Below, one piece after another: positions 1 to 12,505 of a DNA stretch of 64,000 bases. Source of the stretch: Camelus dromedarius (lineage: Eukaryota); assembly GCF_036321535.1 (NCBI RefSeq), contig NC_087440.1, positions 1,860,001 to 1,924,000 on the forward strand, written 5' to 3'. The notes under the pieces were generated by a model. That model was not told the origin of the DNA, ran no database searches, and saw nothing but the letters and a program-made list of their open reading frames with translations. A program made the position numbers and the translations under genes. How positions within the stretch are numbered: position 1 is the stretch's first letter; each line of letters begins with the position of its first letter.

Positions 1-200
1 ACTATGTCCTAAACACCATTATAGGCATTTTATAAGCATTTAATCATGACAACATCCTATAAGGTATAGATTATTAACCTATTTTTAAAATGAGGAAACT
101 AAGGTACAGAATGATTAGGATCTTATGCCTAGAAGTGGCAGAGTCTAGATGTGAACCCAGTCAGTCTGACCCCAGGACATCTGATCTTAACCATTACTCT
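1..200. mobile_element. MIR-like SINE fragment
   Basis: MIR-type core 'aatgaggaaactaaggtacaga...gatgtgaacccagtcagtctgacccc'; family recognised by eye, boundaries approximate. Confidence 0.6.
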
Positions 201-1040
201 GCACTACTATATAGTAATTCTCCAAATTTCAGAACTGCTGAATATCCAAGATCCTTTGTTGACCCACTTATAAGAAATCTAGTGCAACTAAAAAAAAAAA
301 AAAAAAGCTTTGAGTCACTTTTAAAAAAGTGATAATAAAAGGAATGATTTAACACAATTTTATTACTTGTATTTAAAAAAGCAAACTACACTGTTCCTGA
401 ATTTCTAAACTGCCTAGCAATGAGTAAACTGTTCATTTTAATTCCACAAACACTTACTGACTGCTCACTGTGGGCAAGGCACTGTGCTAGGCATTGTTGG
501 AAATATTAATTTAGAGATATCAAAAAGTAAATTCTCTGGCATATCGCAGGTAACACCTTTGAAAGATAATACCTATCACTCAAAGGTTTAAAATGATGGC
601 TTCTTGGCATCTGAAAATCAAAGGCTATTTGTTGGGGAGGAAACATACTCTTGAATTACTCTAGAATTAGGTTTTTTGTCAGGAAGGGCTATTTTTCATC
701 TCAAGTTTTATAAGAAAGTAAAAAAGAGCAAAGTGTTGAATCTAAAGATCTTGAACTTTAGGGTATTGGGCACTACATCCTGAGATGCTCCCTTTCCACA
801 AAGAATTCCTGAAAATCAAGAACAGAGACTGGCAACAACTCACAGCTCTAACTCATAAGTTCTACCAAAGGAATAAGGCCTGCTGGTTGTGATCCTTGCT
901 TTACAGTTACACTCAGATATTATACACATAGACTTATCATTAAATAATTCCAAGTTCTAACTATTCAGTGCAATATGATAACACTGTTTTCCTTCCTACA
1001 GATTTGGGCCTTGTACATATAAACTCATTCCTTTTTGTAC

Positions 1041-1262
1041 CTGTAGGGTATTATAATCTCTTGTGAAGGGAACCATCAGCTCCCAGAGGGATGAAAAAAC
1101 CACCAGAGCTGTGAACTCAAGCTTGTAATTTGTGGCCATGTGTTCAAACAGCATCGTCAAACCATGGGCTGCCAGGTGCTTGCGCTGATATTCCTCGGAC
1201 CCCTCGATCGACACAGGTCGGGTCATGGAAAGGGACACGTCCATTACCACCACTGTTGGCAT
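1041..1262 (-). CDS. INTS14: Integrator complex subunit 14 (VWA9), first coding exon, 74 codons
   Basis: MPTVVVMDVSLSMTRPVSIEGSEEYQRKHLAAHGLTMLFEHMATNYKLEFTALVVFSSLWELMVPFTRDYNTLQ matches the INTS14 N-terminus (vWA MIDAS-like DxSxS); donor CAG|GTAC at 1041/1040; rest of gene lies left of the window. Confidence 0.96.
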
Positions 1263-1324
1263 GATGAATGTGATCCCAATGTTCCCAATCAGAATGCAAA
1301 CAGACAGCTAAAGAGAGACAAATG
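1263..1324 (-). other. INTS14: INTS14 5'UTR part of the first coding exon
   Basis: Acceptor ttttctacag| gives exon start 1324; a second acceptor tctctctttag| gives 1307. Confidence 0.65.
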
Positions 1325-4300
1325 CTGTAGAAAATAAATATGATTAGGTCTTACATGTCATGGAGGGAAAAAAAAAGCATTCTTTTTTTCACCAAAATCT
1401 TAACCAAACTTTCCAGAAATAAGTGAAGGCAAACTCCATTTAAGTTGAGGTGAGGGCAACACTGCAGAGAAGTTAGTGTGGGGGAAGGAAGCAGCTTAGC
1501 TCGCTGTGAGGGCCACTCCTAGAATCACCCACTCAATGGCCATAAATCAAGGACAACCTGAAGTATTTTTAGTAAAAAAACATTAAATCGGGTGGCCCTT
1601 GACTTGAATACTTTCCAATCTTATACAACTTAGTATAACAAACACTCCTGCATCACCTCTCCAACACTTAATTTACTAAGGAACATTTCTAGTTCTCTTA
1701 TGGTGGTGCTTTCTGATAATCAACCATTCTTTTTGGGAACCATCACTATCTTACTCAATACAGCAGTGTTTATGCAAGTGTTTGCTGAATTATCCAGTTG
1801 CTTGATGCCCTTTTAAAAAATTAAAATAAATGCAAAATATAAAAATGAAAGGGCTAGAAAAGTCATAATCCAAAGTAGAAAAGCTGGAAATCATTAAGCA
1901 GGACAAAAAGCAACAAACTTCTGGCCTCAGTGCTACTCACTGTAAATAAATGAGGCAATAGTGCTTTAATGTGAAAGAAAAGAACAAAATAAAGAATATG
2001 ACAGCTGATATCATCTTATGAAATTGTGTATAAAAGTCAAAATGTAGAAGAAATGGAGAAAACAAAGAGTTCTCTAAAATTATAGATTGAGAATGACCAT
2101 GAAGAAAACATTTCTGTGCTCAAAAATAAAGGAAAAAAGTTCACAGATACAGACTTGCTCTTGGGGACACAGCTTGCTGCTACTCTACTATTAAGCAAAC
2201 TATAGTCTATTGACACAATGAAATATCAGATAGCTATAAATAAATGACACATATGCAGAGATCAGAAATATTTATAAAAGCATTAGTAACTGAGAAAAGA
2301 AGGTCACAGGATTGTCTGTATACACTGATTACAACTTCATAAAAATCACATTGCATATATACAATTAGGGAAGACTGAGGATGGACATAAACATGTTAGA
2401 AATTTAATGTCCACTAATTTCCTTTTTGGAATTTACTTCGAAACACTTAACAGTGGCCAGAATGCTTGTTTTAGCACAGTGTTTAGGAAGGTATTCCACT
2501 TGTAAGTAGACTGCTGGTATCTCAGAACATATTGATTCATGGAAACAATGTTATAAATGGGGATCAGGGACTCAAGTCAAGTAGAAAAAGCCCTTTTACC
2601 ACATAATGGCCTGAGATACATTTCAAATACAATAATGCCTCATGTATCCAACATCAATAAAGATTAAACCCAAGATATAAATTACTCTTCTAGATTCTTT
2701 AGAATTCCAAAATGTTTAACTATTTTGATAGAAACAATTAAAATGTGCACCCGTCTGCCTCATTGAACTCGGAGTGCTATACATAATTCAGTCCCTCATG
2801 ATGACTTGGCATCACCACTCTAAACACCAGTACTGCTCAGCACACTGCCACCCTGATGTTTTATGTTACACCAGCATTCTTCCCAAGTGTGTGCTGCAGA
2901 ACACTGTCCTGGAGGGATGCTCCAAGGAAAATGAGTTCAGGTCTTATTAGAGACACTGAGAAACACTACAGCAAAGAATACAGTTTAATTTGCTAACTTG
3001 GTGTTTACCATTTAACCCTTCTCTAATAATTACTGTTAAGTCCCATGTAACAAGTATCATATAGAACATCCACAGAAACACTGACTTGTACTCAAGGGAT
3101 CCAGGCTGTCGTGCTGTTTTGGTGCCTCCTCCTTAAAATTAATTTTGGACCATCAGTTTGCATTCCCCTTTTCTCAGTAATCTCCTGTAATCATCCTCCC
3201 TGTTTCCAATTTGCTGCTTCTTGGCTACCATGAGCTGGAAAGCCAGGTAATCCAGCTTGTTAAAACTGTGTTCAAAGTCAGAGTTAATAGGCTCTGAGAG
3301 CCTGTGAGTTTCTTCTGGTGTCAAATGCATGAGCTTAGGTGTATAACCTTGTACCATTTTATCTACTCAGTCTTTCTCAGATCCTTTCTGAGTCTCAGCT
3401 GTGTTGTTCAAGAAGTAAGGTCCTGTGTAATATTGGTTCAACTACAATACATTAGACCATAAGCTCACTAAAGGTGGTGACTATGTCAGATTTTGCCCAC
3501 CAATATCTCCTCAGAACCTATCAAGGCAACTAGCACATAGTAACATGCTTGACAAATACATATAATGACTAATGAACTACCCATTAGCAGAACTACCAGT
3601 TATAACGCCAATTCTTTGGCAAAATATATTATAAATTTTAACTCTGGACACCAGAAATACACTTCCTCCTTGCCTCATTCAAGAGGTATCAGGGATCCCT
3701 GTGCCTCTGCTCATATCCAGCTCACGTGGTATTTCCACTCATGTATAGAGGCCCTAAGTTACTGAAAGTTGGGGTCATGGGGATTACTAGCTTTACCTTT
3801 TAGGATAATGGCAAATGGGATACACAGATACAGACCAGATATAAGAAAGCACTTCCACCCCATGAAATCAACTGTAACACTGGAATGGATGATCATAGCT
3901 GGCAGGCTTGCCTTCTGGGAAGACATCTCTGGAGGTGGCTCCTTCTTCTGACTGATGCATTTGTGTCCACCCCCAAACACACCTCCTTAACAATGGCGAA
4001 GTCATGGGAAATCAATTTAGAACTCAGGTTGTAAGAACAGAAGTAAAAGACAGAACTTAATGTTCTTGAATGGTTCACTCAAGTAGACTAGGCCTGATTA
4101 AATTTAAAAAAAAAATCCCTGCTCAGACAGTCCAGCAATTTTGTGAGAACAGTATGTTATTGGTCACTTGAGATGATTCTTACTCTCGAATCCTCCACAC
4201 ACACACACCTTTCCCGTAAGTACTGTCTACCTACAATGCTTAAGACAACTAGTGGTCTTCTTTCTTAAGAATAGTCTAGTCCTGAGAATAGCTCTTAGGC

Positions 4301-4886
4301 CCTTGATTTGGCCTTAAATCCCAAGTCTCTATCAGCTACACACTTAATAGTTCTTTCCTGAAGGTGACAATTAGCTCATTCATAAAGAACTGAGTCTCAG
4401 CAGTTTCGCTCTCAAAGCGTGATTCCGCTCAAATTTCTCGGGAAGCACTACCTACTCAGGTTTCCCCATCAGCGTGACTTCCCGTGGCCGGACGAATGCT
4501 TCCCGCATTCTCAGACTTCATCTTTCAACTGCCAGCCTAGAAACACAGAACTCCTGCATTTGGATCGCGTCTCCCGGGGGATGTATTTTTACCTTAAAAT
4601 CAGTCAAAAATTTTTGACATCTGGAAATCTCTTATGGGACGAGAGGGCGAAGGGGGCCTTGGCAAGGGGCCGAAATCGTGGTGTTTATGCGGAGCGGAGA
4701 TCCAGAGCCGCACAACACGGGGAGGCCGGGGGCAATGCCCCGGAACTGGCGCCGCACAGATGGCGCGGAGCGGCCTCCGGGAAGGCCAGGCGTTGGCCGC
4801 GCGTTGGGCCCCCTCCTCTGACCCCTTCCTTGCAGCTGCAACAAACATTCAAAGACAGCCCAGGGTCTCCGGCCTCCCCAACTCAC

Positions 4887-5000
4887 CCCGCGCCCATCAC
4901 CGGCCCAGTCCGTCCGCATAAACTTTCCGGCCGCGCGCCGAGGCCGGAACTATGGGGCCGCGTGACCAAGGGGAACTCGGCGCCGGGGCTGCGCGAGGCG
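4887..5000 (-). other. INTS14: Candidate non-coding exon 1 of INTS14 (5' end approximate)
   Basis: Consensus donor GGG|GTGAGT at 4887/4886 on the minus strand inside the CpG island; TSS not determinable from sequence. Confidence 0.55.
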
Positions 5001-5004
5001 CTTG

Positions 5005-5079
5005 GGGCGGGGCTCAAGGAGTCTGTGGGCGGGGCTCAAGGAGTCTGTGGGCGGGGCTCAAGGAGTCTGTGGGCGGGGC
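5005..5079 (+). repeat. 22-bp minisatellite, 3 full copies plus a 9-nt partial copy (GGGCGGGGCTCAAGGAGTCTGT)
   Basis: Identical units at 5005, 5027 and 5049; partial at 5071. Confidence 0.95.
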
Positions 5080-6114
5080 GCTGACTCAGCTGAGACGCTA
5101 CTCAGCGGAGACGCAGCTCCGCGCGTTTTGCTCCGCGCGTCTCTCCACAGGGGTTTACCCGCGACGACCGACCCCCTTCGACTCCCCAGCTTCGCTGGGC
5201 CGGCGCTGTCCCCGCCTCTTCCCTCCCCTCCTCCCCATTCTCGGGCTCTTCCTCCATTTACTTCTGGCCCTCAGCCCACCTCCCTTTCGTTGACCCGTGG
5301 GCCTCACCTGCCCGGGTAACCCAGTGACCTCTCCACAACTCTGCCTCCTCGCTCACCTGGGCCCGTTGGTGCACCAGCCAGACCCTCACCGATACTTGCT
5401 CCTCTTCCCCGTCTCTCGTCAGACCCCATACGCATATCCTCTGAACCAGTTGACAGAATCCTCTTCCTGCTCTTTTAAAACTAGAATTCCCGCCTGAGGC
5501 GTGCTCATACTAAGCGCGCTGTATATTTTTTGGAGCTGACCTGAGCCATTTTCCACGTCAAGACTTTTCCTCTTGGATGCTCAGTCTGGATGCTCACTTT
5601 ATCCCCCCACCCCTTTGAGGGAAGCAGAGAGAGGGTTCAGTCAGTTCCCCTGCCCTGAAAGGTGCGCTGGTGAGGGATTTGCACTCAGGCTTTGCGGTGA
5701 GGCACCGTTCGCCCTGCTTATCTCACCTTTGACCACCTGGTGTCCCCACAGCAGCCTATGCCTCAGCAAGGTCCTTGAGGAGACAATAAGTAACTTTCTC
5801 TTTACCTTTCTTTGTAACCATGTAAGGAGCCAGGAAATGCCAATGAGAGGGGAGCCTGAATGGCTGCCAGCAGGCCTCTGGGTAGTAAGGGTTCCATGAA
5901 CAATGTTGTACCACATAGGGTACAAGGGCCTCTAGAAGGCCTTAGGACTTTGCCTCTTCTTTTGGTTGGTGGGATGGGCTGAGGTAGGGGGTGGGTCAAG
6001 CAGGGAGGATGCTTTGAACCCAGCAACTGAGTCTGTCTGACTTTTCACAGCTTGTTCTGTGGGAGTGTGGGCTCCAGTTGCTTGTAGTTCTTTCTTGTCT
6101 CCTCCTTGTAACAG

Positions 6115-6273
6115 AGGTGGCAGAAGAAGGTGCATCAGTCCCTGGGAATGTCCCTGACAGCTTCAGGGTACAGGGGCCGGCAGACTGCCCTGGTTGCTTC
6201 AGAGCTTGTCTCCTCAACTTGGCTGGTCTCACCATCTCAAGACCTTGTTGTGCTTGAGCAGACAGGGATCTAG
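6115..6273 (+). other. Candidate non-coding exon (159 nt) in the SLC24A1 direction
   Basis: Polypyrimidine tract tctttcttgtctcctccttgtaacAG| and consensus donor TAG|GTAAGT. Confidence 0.45.
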
Positions 6274-7384
6274 GTAAGTGAGGCAGCATCCTAATTACTT
6301 AGATATAATTTCTAATTCTTTCCCTAGAATATGTGGGCAAAGGAGTTGTCGAGCTACCCCTAATGTGATGACAGCCCTACGGTCACTGTTCTCTTGGTAC
6401 TTCCAGCTCAGCTTCATGAACTGACTCGTTACCTTTCCCAGTCCTAAAGATAAAGTTTATTAGTTCGCAGAAGGGTGACCAGATCTCAGTTGACGTAGTT
6501 CTTCTAAATACAGGCTTTCAGGAGACCAGGGAAGCAAAAGGGCAATTTATTAAAATTGATAATAAAAGGTAGAAGTACCAAGAAGACCATGTCACTTAGG
6601 GCAACTGGTAAGTGCTTTTTTTTTTTTTTAAATTCTTAGTGGAACCCCATTCAAAACCAAAAGTTTGTTCAGTGAATATAAAATTGGAATATTAGCACGA
6701 AGAGCTAGAAGGTCTTCAGGGAGATTTATTTCAAGCCAAAGCTGGCTAATGAATTTCTTTTTCCCACTCAATCGACCCTTAGCATTTGCATGTTTCCACA
6801 CATACATTAAAGGAAATCAATACACAACTTCCTTTGCATAATCTATCATCCTCTTTATTTTTTGCTGCTTTGAAACACTGGATCACTGTCACAGAGGCTT
6901 TGAAAGGCAGAGAGATTTCATCTCCAGTCTGGCAGCGTAAAGGTTAGTAACAGAAATAGCAAGCTGCTCACAGAAGCCAGGTACTGGGGCTCAAGAGAGG
7001 TTCATACACCCAATCAGTTCTCCTGCAGCATGTGTTCAAAATGTAGGTTCCCAGGCCATACTGACTGAATTGGAATTTTTTGGGTTCGTGTCTGGAACCT
7101 TCATTGTTAAGTTGCTGAGATGATTTTTCATCTACAGAGATGAAGCAGGAGAGAGGGTAGGGGAAAGCAATGAGCCCATGTACCGTTTCTGTTCTTCCCT
7201 TCCTTTCCCTCTCCTGTGCTGTCCTTTGCCCTGTGTCTTCCTGCCTCCTCTGGGCTGGACCTTGTCCCTTTCCAAATCATACTTCCAAGCTCCAGGCTAT
7301 CCACTTTCCCTCATCATCCCACCCCATTTCACTCTTCACCAAAGTGAAAGTCTGAAGAAATTGTAGATATGACCCTTCTGTTTT

Positions 7385-9080
7385 CTTAAAAAATTGTATT
7401 ATTGAAAAACTTCAAACAGACAAAAATATAGGAAATAGCATAATAAATCCCCATGTACCCTTCACTCAGTTTCTACTATCAACTCAGTTCTCAGTCTTTT
7501 AATTTGTACCCTACCCACTTCTCCCCAATATATATTTTGATGCAGATTACAGATAGAATAACATCTTGTCCATAAATATTTCAGTAAGTATCTCTAGAGA
7601 AGGACTTTTTAAAATTAGTAAACTTGATTTTTAGAGCACTTTTTTACATTCACAGCAAAATGGAGTGAAAAGTACAGTGCGTTCCAATATACTCTGTCCA
7701 CAGGCACAGAGTCTCCCTCACTATCAACATCGCAGCAACAGATTGATACATTTGTTGTCACCTATGAACCTTCACTGACACGCTATTATCATTCAAAGAC
7801 CATATTTTATCTTAGTGTTCACTTTTGGTGGTGTACATTTGGTGATCATTCATTTATTGATATGGATCTACCATTGTAATACAATGTAGAATAGTTTCAA
7901 TGCTCTAAAAGTACTCTGTGCTCTGCCTTTTTATCCCTCCCTCTCNNNNNNNNNNNNNNNNNNNNNNNNNNNNNNNNNNNNNNNNNNNNNNNNNNNNNNN
8001 NNNNNNNNNNNNNNNNNNNNNNNNNNNNNNNNNNNNNNNNNNNNNNNNNNNNNNNNNNNNNNNNNNNNNNNNNNNNNNNNNNNNNNNNNNNNNNNNNNNN
8101 NNNNNNNNNNNNNNNNNNNNNNNNNNNNNNNNNNNATTCCTCTGTCTGGATGTACCACAGTTTACTGAAGAACACCTTGATTGCTTCTACGTTTTGGCAT
8201 TTATCAATAAGGCCGATAAACATTCTTGTGCAGGTTTTTGTGTGGGCATAAGTTTTCAATTAATTGAATAAATACCATGGAGAGAGAGACTGCTGGCTTG
8301 TATGGTAAGAATTAGCTTTAGTTTTGTAAGAAACTGCCAAACTTTCTTTTGAAGTGGGTGTACTGTTACGTATTCCCAGGAGCAATGAATGAGAGTCCCT
8401 GATGCTCCACAGCCTCATCAGCATCTGATGTTGTCAGTGTTCTGGATTTTGGCTATTGTAATGGGTATATGGTTGTATCTCACTGTTGTTTTAATTTGCA
8501 TTTCCCTAGTGACTGTGTTGAACATCTTTTCTGCCAACTTACCATCTGTATATCTTCTTTGGTTGAGGTGTCTCTTTAGGTCTTTTGCCCATTCTTTTAA
8601 TTGAGTGGTTCATTTTCTTATTGTTGAGTTTTAGGTGTTTATGTATTTTAGACAACAGTCCTATATCAGATAAATCTTTTGCAAATATTTCCCCCCAGTC
8701 CATGGCTTGTCTTCTCATTCTCTTGATGGAGAGGGACTTAAAAAATCCACAACAATTACAATATTATCGTCACATTTAAAATAATAAATAATAATCCCTA
8801 ATATCATCAGATACCCAGTCAGCTTTCAGATATCCAGTTGTCTCATAAATATCATAGAATTTTACTTTTTTACACTTGGTTTGAGTCAGGATCCAAGTAA
8901 GACCCAGTCATTGCAGTCTCTTGATATATCTGAGTCTTTCTAAATCTATATGTTTCTTCCTTCATGTCTTTTTTTTCTTTGCGGTGTATTTGATGAAGAA
9001 ACTGTGACTTCTCTTTTTTAATTGCTCTCAATCTTCCTTCAGTCTTTTCCGCATTTGAGAAACCCACAAAGCTTCTCTCT
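7385..9080 (-). mobile_element. L1 fragments: an old L1M piece interrupted by a younger L1 3' part (~7612-8735)
   Basis: Antisense L1 3'-end text 'ttttagagcactttttacattcacagcaaaatggagtgaaaagtacag' and 'tttgcaaatatttccccccagtccatggcttgtc'; similar flanks ggactt(t)taaaa; subfamily not resolved. Confidence 0.75.
7946..8135. other. Assembly gap (190 N)
   Basis: Run of N. Confidence 0.99.
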
Positions 9081-12000
9081 TCTAAAATAATGGAAAGATT
9101 CATTGAACAAAGAAATAATTTTGTATAGTTCCAGTTCCAACTAACTTCATCTCTGCTCTGTAAATAGCCTTATCCAGCACTGGATCCTCAGGGTCTGGCA
9201 TGTGACACTTGATATGCATTTGTGGAAGGAAGAGGAAGGAAGGGAGGTTATTAAGGGGAAGAAAAAAGTCAAAGAGGAAAGCAGAGAAAATTTGGTAAGT
9301 ACTACATTTGTCTAAGAAAGTAGAACTGAACATTTTTATTGAGAACGCCCTCTGCTTTGAAGTGTTACAAACTCTAAATTTTTAAAGGTCCCTTATGATC
9401 TGGGCTTGCATCTGTCTTGCCAGGCTCACCCCTTACCCTCTTAAAACTTTGGTAGTATCTTTTAATGAAAAGGCAGATAAAACAAAACTAGTTTTTAAAA
9501 AATTATAAAAGTAATTCATTTCTGTGGGAGAAATTCAAACAGTTTCAAAATACATGAGGTGAAAAATTAGTGTTTCCCCTTCCTAGAAATAACTATCTAT
9601 ATCTCCCTCCCTCAAGTATGGTTCCAGCCACTGGCTCGAGAGATGAAGTACCAGGGTTTTTTTTGTTTGTTTGTTTGTTTGATTGGTTTTGTTCATTCTT
9701 CCTGGCCTTTGCAAAATTGTTGCTACATAGTGTGTGTGTATTCATTCCTTTTAACTGCTATATAATTGTTGCAAAGATGTGACATCTTTTATGTAACCAG
9801 CTTTCCATCCACACTTACCTAGAGTTCAGTTTTGCTCTTACAAGCAGTGCTGGCAGACCATCATAGAGGCTTTTCCTCTGACTGAGGTGGGAATCCACTG
9901 GAAAGTTTGGAGTATAGGAGAGACATCTGATTTACAGTTTAACAGGATCACTTGTGCTGCTGTACCAGGTTTACAGAAGCACAAGTTAAATTTTTAGTTT
10001 TGTTAAATTTTTTAGTTTTTATCAACTGATAAACAACCCCCCCCCAAACAAACAAATAAAAAAAACCCCACTTCACTGTTGATTCAATTGACATTCCTTT
10101 GCAACATCACATTTGAAAGGGTGAGTTTTACTCAGTGGCTGTTTCTCGCTTACTCAGAGAGGAGCTGGTGGTTGTGCCAGTGTTATTCAGATTCCTGCGT
10201 GGCCACACTGAAGCCCTTTGAAATGCCTGTCCGACCTCTTCTCTGGACCACAGGCCCCTTGGGATGAGTACCTGACTGTGATGCCAAAACCCTGTCTCTG
10301 AACTGCGACTAACCTGAAGTGTCACACCTCCCTCCCCCACCCCCTACAGTCCCTGGCTTGGAGAGATGAAGTGTCATGGGGTGTTTTGGGGCTCATTTTG
10401 CTTGTTTCCACCAGTGACAACTGCATTGCCGCTTAAAAAAATCCTGTAAACAATATAATATAAACAATCAAAACAATATTAACAAAAGGTCTTGGACTTT
10501 GACACAGTTCAGTATCCAACAGATCCAAATGTTTCCCTGCAAGTTCTCACTATACCCCTTACAGCAATCCCATAAGAAATTTCGTCTTTCCTGGCTTTAT
10601 AAATGAGGAACCTGAGGATGAGAGACTTTAGGTGACTTGCTCCTGGTCAGGCTTGTTACTTTACTAGTACCTGAAAGTCAAATTCAGCCCCCAGACCTGT
10701 TTTGTTTGCCCTTTATTATTTTTAAATCATTTTACATCGGAGTGCCCATTGAGCGGTCATTCATTCTTCCTCCAGACACAGCTCTTGTTACTCTCCACTG
10801 ACTTTGAGTAGAGCTGATTTAACTTAATTTTATCCACCCAGGCCTTGAAGGCACTTGATTTTGCAACTCATTCCAAATCTTGTCTGCTTTATACCGTGCA
10901 ATTATAGGGTTGATAGCAACTCCTGAAATAAGCCAGCCTCAACCACAAACCCTCTCCTTCCTGTTCTGATAGAACTGTGGGAAAGACCTTGAGCTGCAGA
11001 GGGAGGGACAGGTAAGGACAGGTAAGCCCTGTCTTCCACAGCCTGTGACACTGTTGTGAGGGTCAGAGCCAGATCTACCTCATTCGTCCTGCCACCCTGT
11101 TCCTGGGAGAGGATAAAATGAGGCACCTTTGTAGAAAAAGACCAGCTTTCCCTCCTTGATGGTGCTTGTCTTCCTCTGGCAGTTTGATTTCTGAAGGCCT
11201 TGAGCCTCTGTGAGTGGGTATCTCCCCACATGACACGTGTGTAGCTCAGGGGCCCCATCTCTGAGCATCTCCTCACTGGGATGTACTTTTTTCAGTCCAT
11301 CAACAAATATATATATTGAGTGCCAGACACTGTTCTGGGTTCTGAGGATTCAGCTGTGAATAAGACAGAGAAGATCCCTGTCCTCTTGGAACTCACCTGC
11401 TAGTAAGAGATTAATGCAGACATTAATCAGGTGATCATACTAATAAATACACAGTAGAGCATTGTCACAGTGGAATGCATGAGGACCTGCTGCCCCCCAA
11501 CACGGTCTGGCCGTGATCTCCAAAAGCAGAATAACAACAACAACCGTACCAGGCACTGTTAGCATGTTTTACATATTAATTTACTTAATTCTCACAACAA
11601 GCCTACCAAGCAGGTAGTGTTATTATCACCCTCATTTTACAGGATGAGAGTTAAATACTTGCCCAGGCTCACACCACTAATACAGACAGTGTTTCCATTC
11701 TTGGTTGAGCAGCAGACTTTTCTACAGCTTGTTGAATTTCAAAATGTGCCACAACCCCATGATAAGAAGACAGAGGGAACCAGGTTCACCCCCAACAGGT
11801 GAGAGTTAGATTAGACACTAGGAGGAACAATTATGAGTGTGTGAGAGAAAGGAATCCTTTTCTGAGTTTTTGCTTCTCTCCTGAATTTTCTGTATTGCAC
11901 AAATAACATTGTAAAAACAGAGGAATTATTCTAGGGGGGAAAAAAGATTACTGATAATTCCACCTCAAGAATTGGGTTCCTTTTGCCATCTTTCTGGACC

Positions 12001-12505
12001 AAACAGACTGTATTAAACAGTTGGTGTGAGAAGGGAAGTAATTAGATCTGGTTCTGCCTGCAGCCTAAAAGGCAGCAATGTGGTAACTGACAGATGTCAG
12101 CCCCTCTACCCAGGCTTCCAACATCCAGAGTGACCTCTGGACACCTAGAGATAAAGACACCTCTTCCTCAGGGAGTGAGCACTGCAGTGTGTTTCAGCAG
12201 AGGGTAATGCATACCGTTTTACTGCTACAGGACTCTCAGGGAGAAATGGAGCAGGAGTGCGGCTGTGAGGGATTACCTGGTGTTTCAGATGAAAGTAATC
12301 CAAGCAGCATGCTACCCCTGTACCTTGGGGGAAATACGGAGGGGAGAGGGGACCAATCAGTAAGCGTCAGGCAGAGTTAGCTGAATGGTTGAAATGGCTT
12401 CCAGGTGAGTGGTAGGCGCGTGAGACCCTCACCACCTCACTCCATTCCCACTTCAGTCGGCTTCAGCCATAAGCTGGATGCACAGCTCCTCAGGTATCTT
12501 GGGAT

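Larger units (their letters stand above)
4560..5330. promoter_or_regulatory. CpG island / bidirectional promoter (INTS14 leftwards, SLC24A1-direction transcript rightwards)
   Basis: Sharp rise in GC and CpG content, GGGCGG boxes, ETS-like ccggaa motifs near 4925-4950; lies between oppositely oriented genes. Confidence 0.85.

Noticed and set aside
3139-3357. 72-aa minus-strand ORF with protein-like composition in the INTS14 intron
   Set aside because: No flanking splice sites and no recognisable homology; length is within chance expectation
4419-5319. ORFs of 80-221 aa across the CpG island
   Set aside because: GC-rich stop-poor sequence and VNTR-derived repeats (LWAGLKESVGGA); no recognisable protein
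7897-8271. ORFs spanning N runs (also 55873-57626)
   Set aside because: Artefacts of assembly gaps within L1 sequence
9985-10020. 17-nt tandem duplication gttaaatttttagtttt
   Set aside because: Simple low-complexity slippage with no functional context
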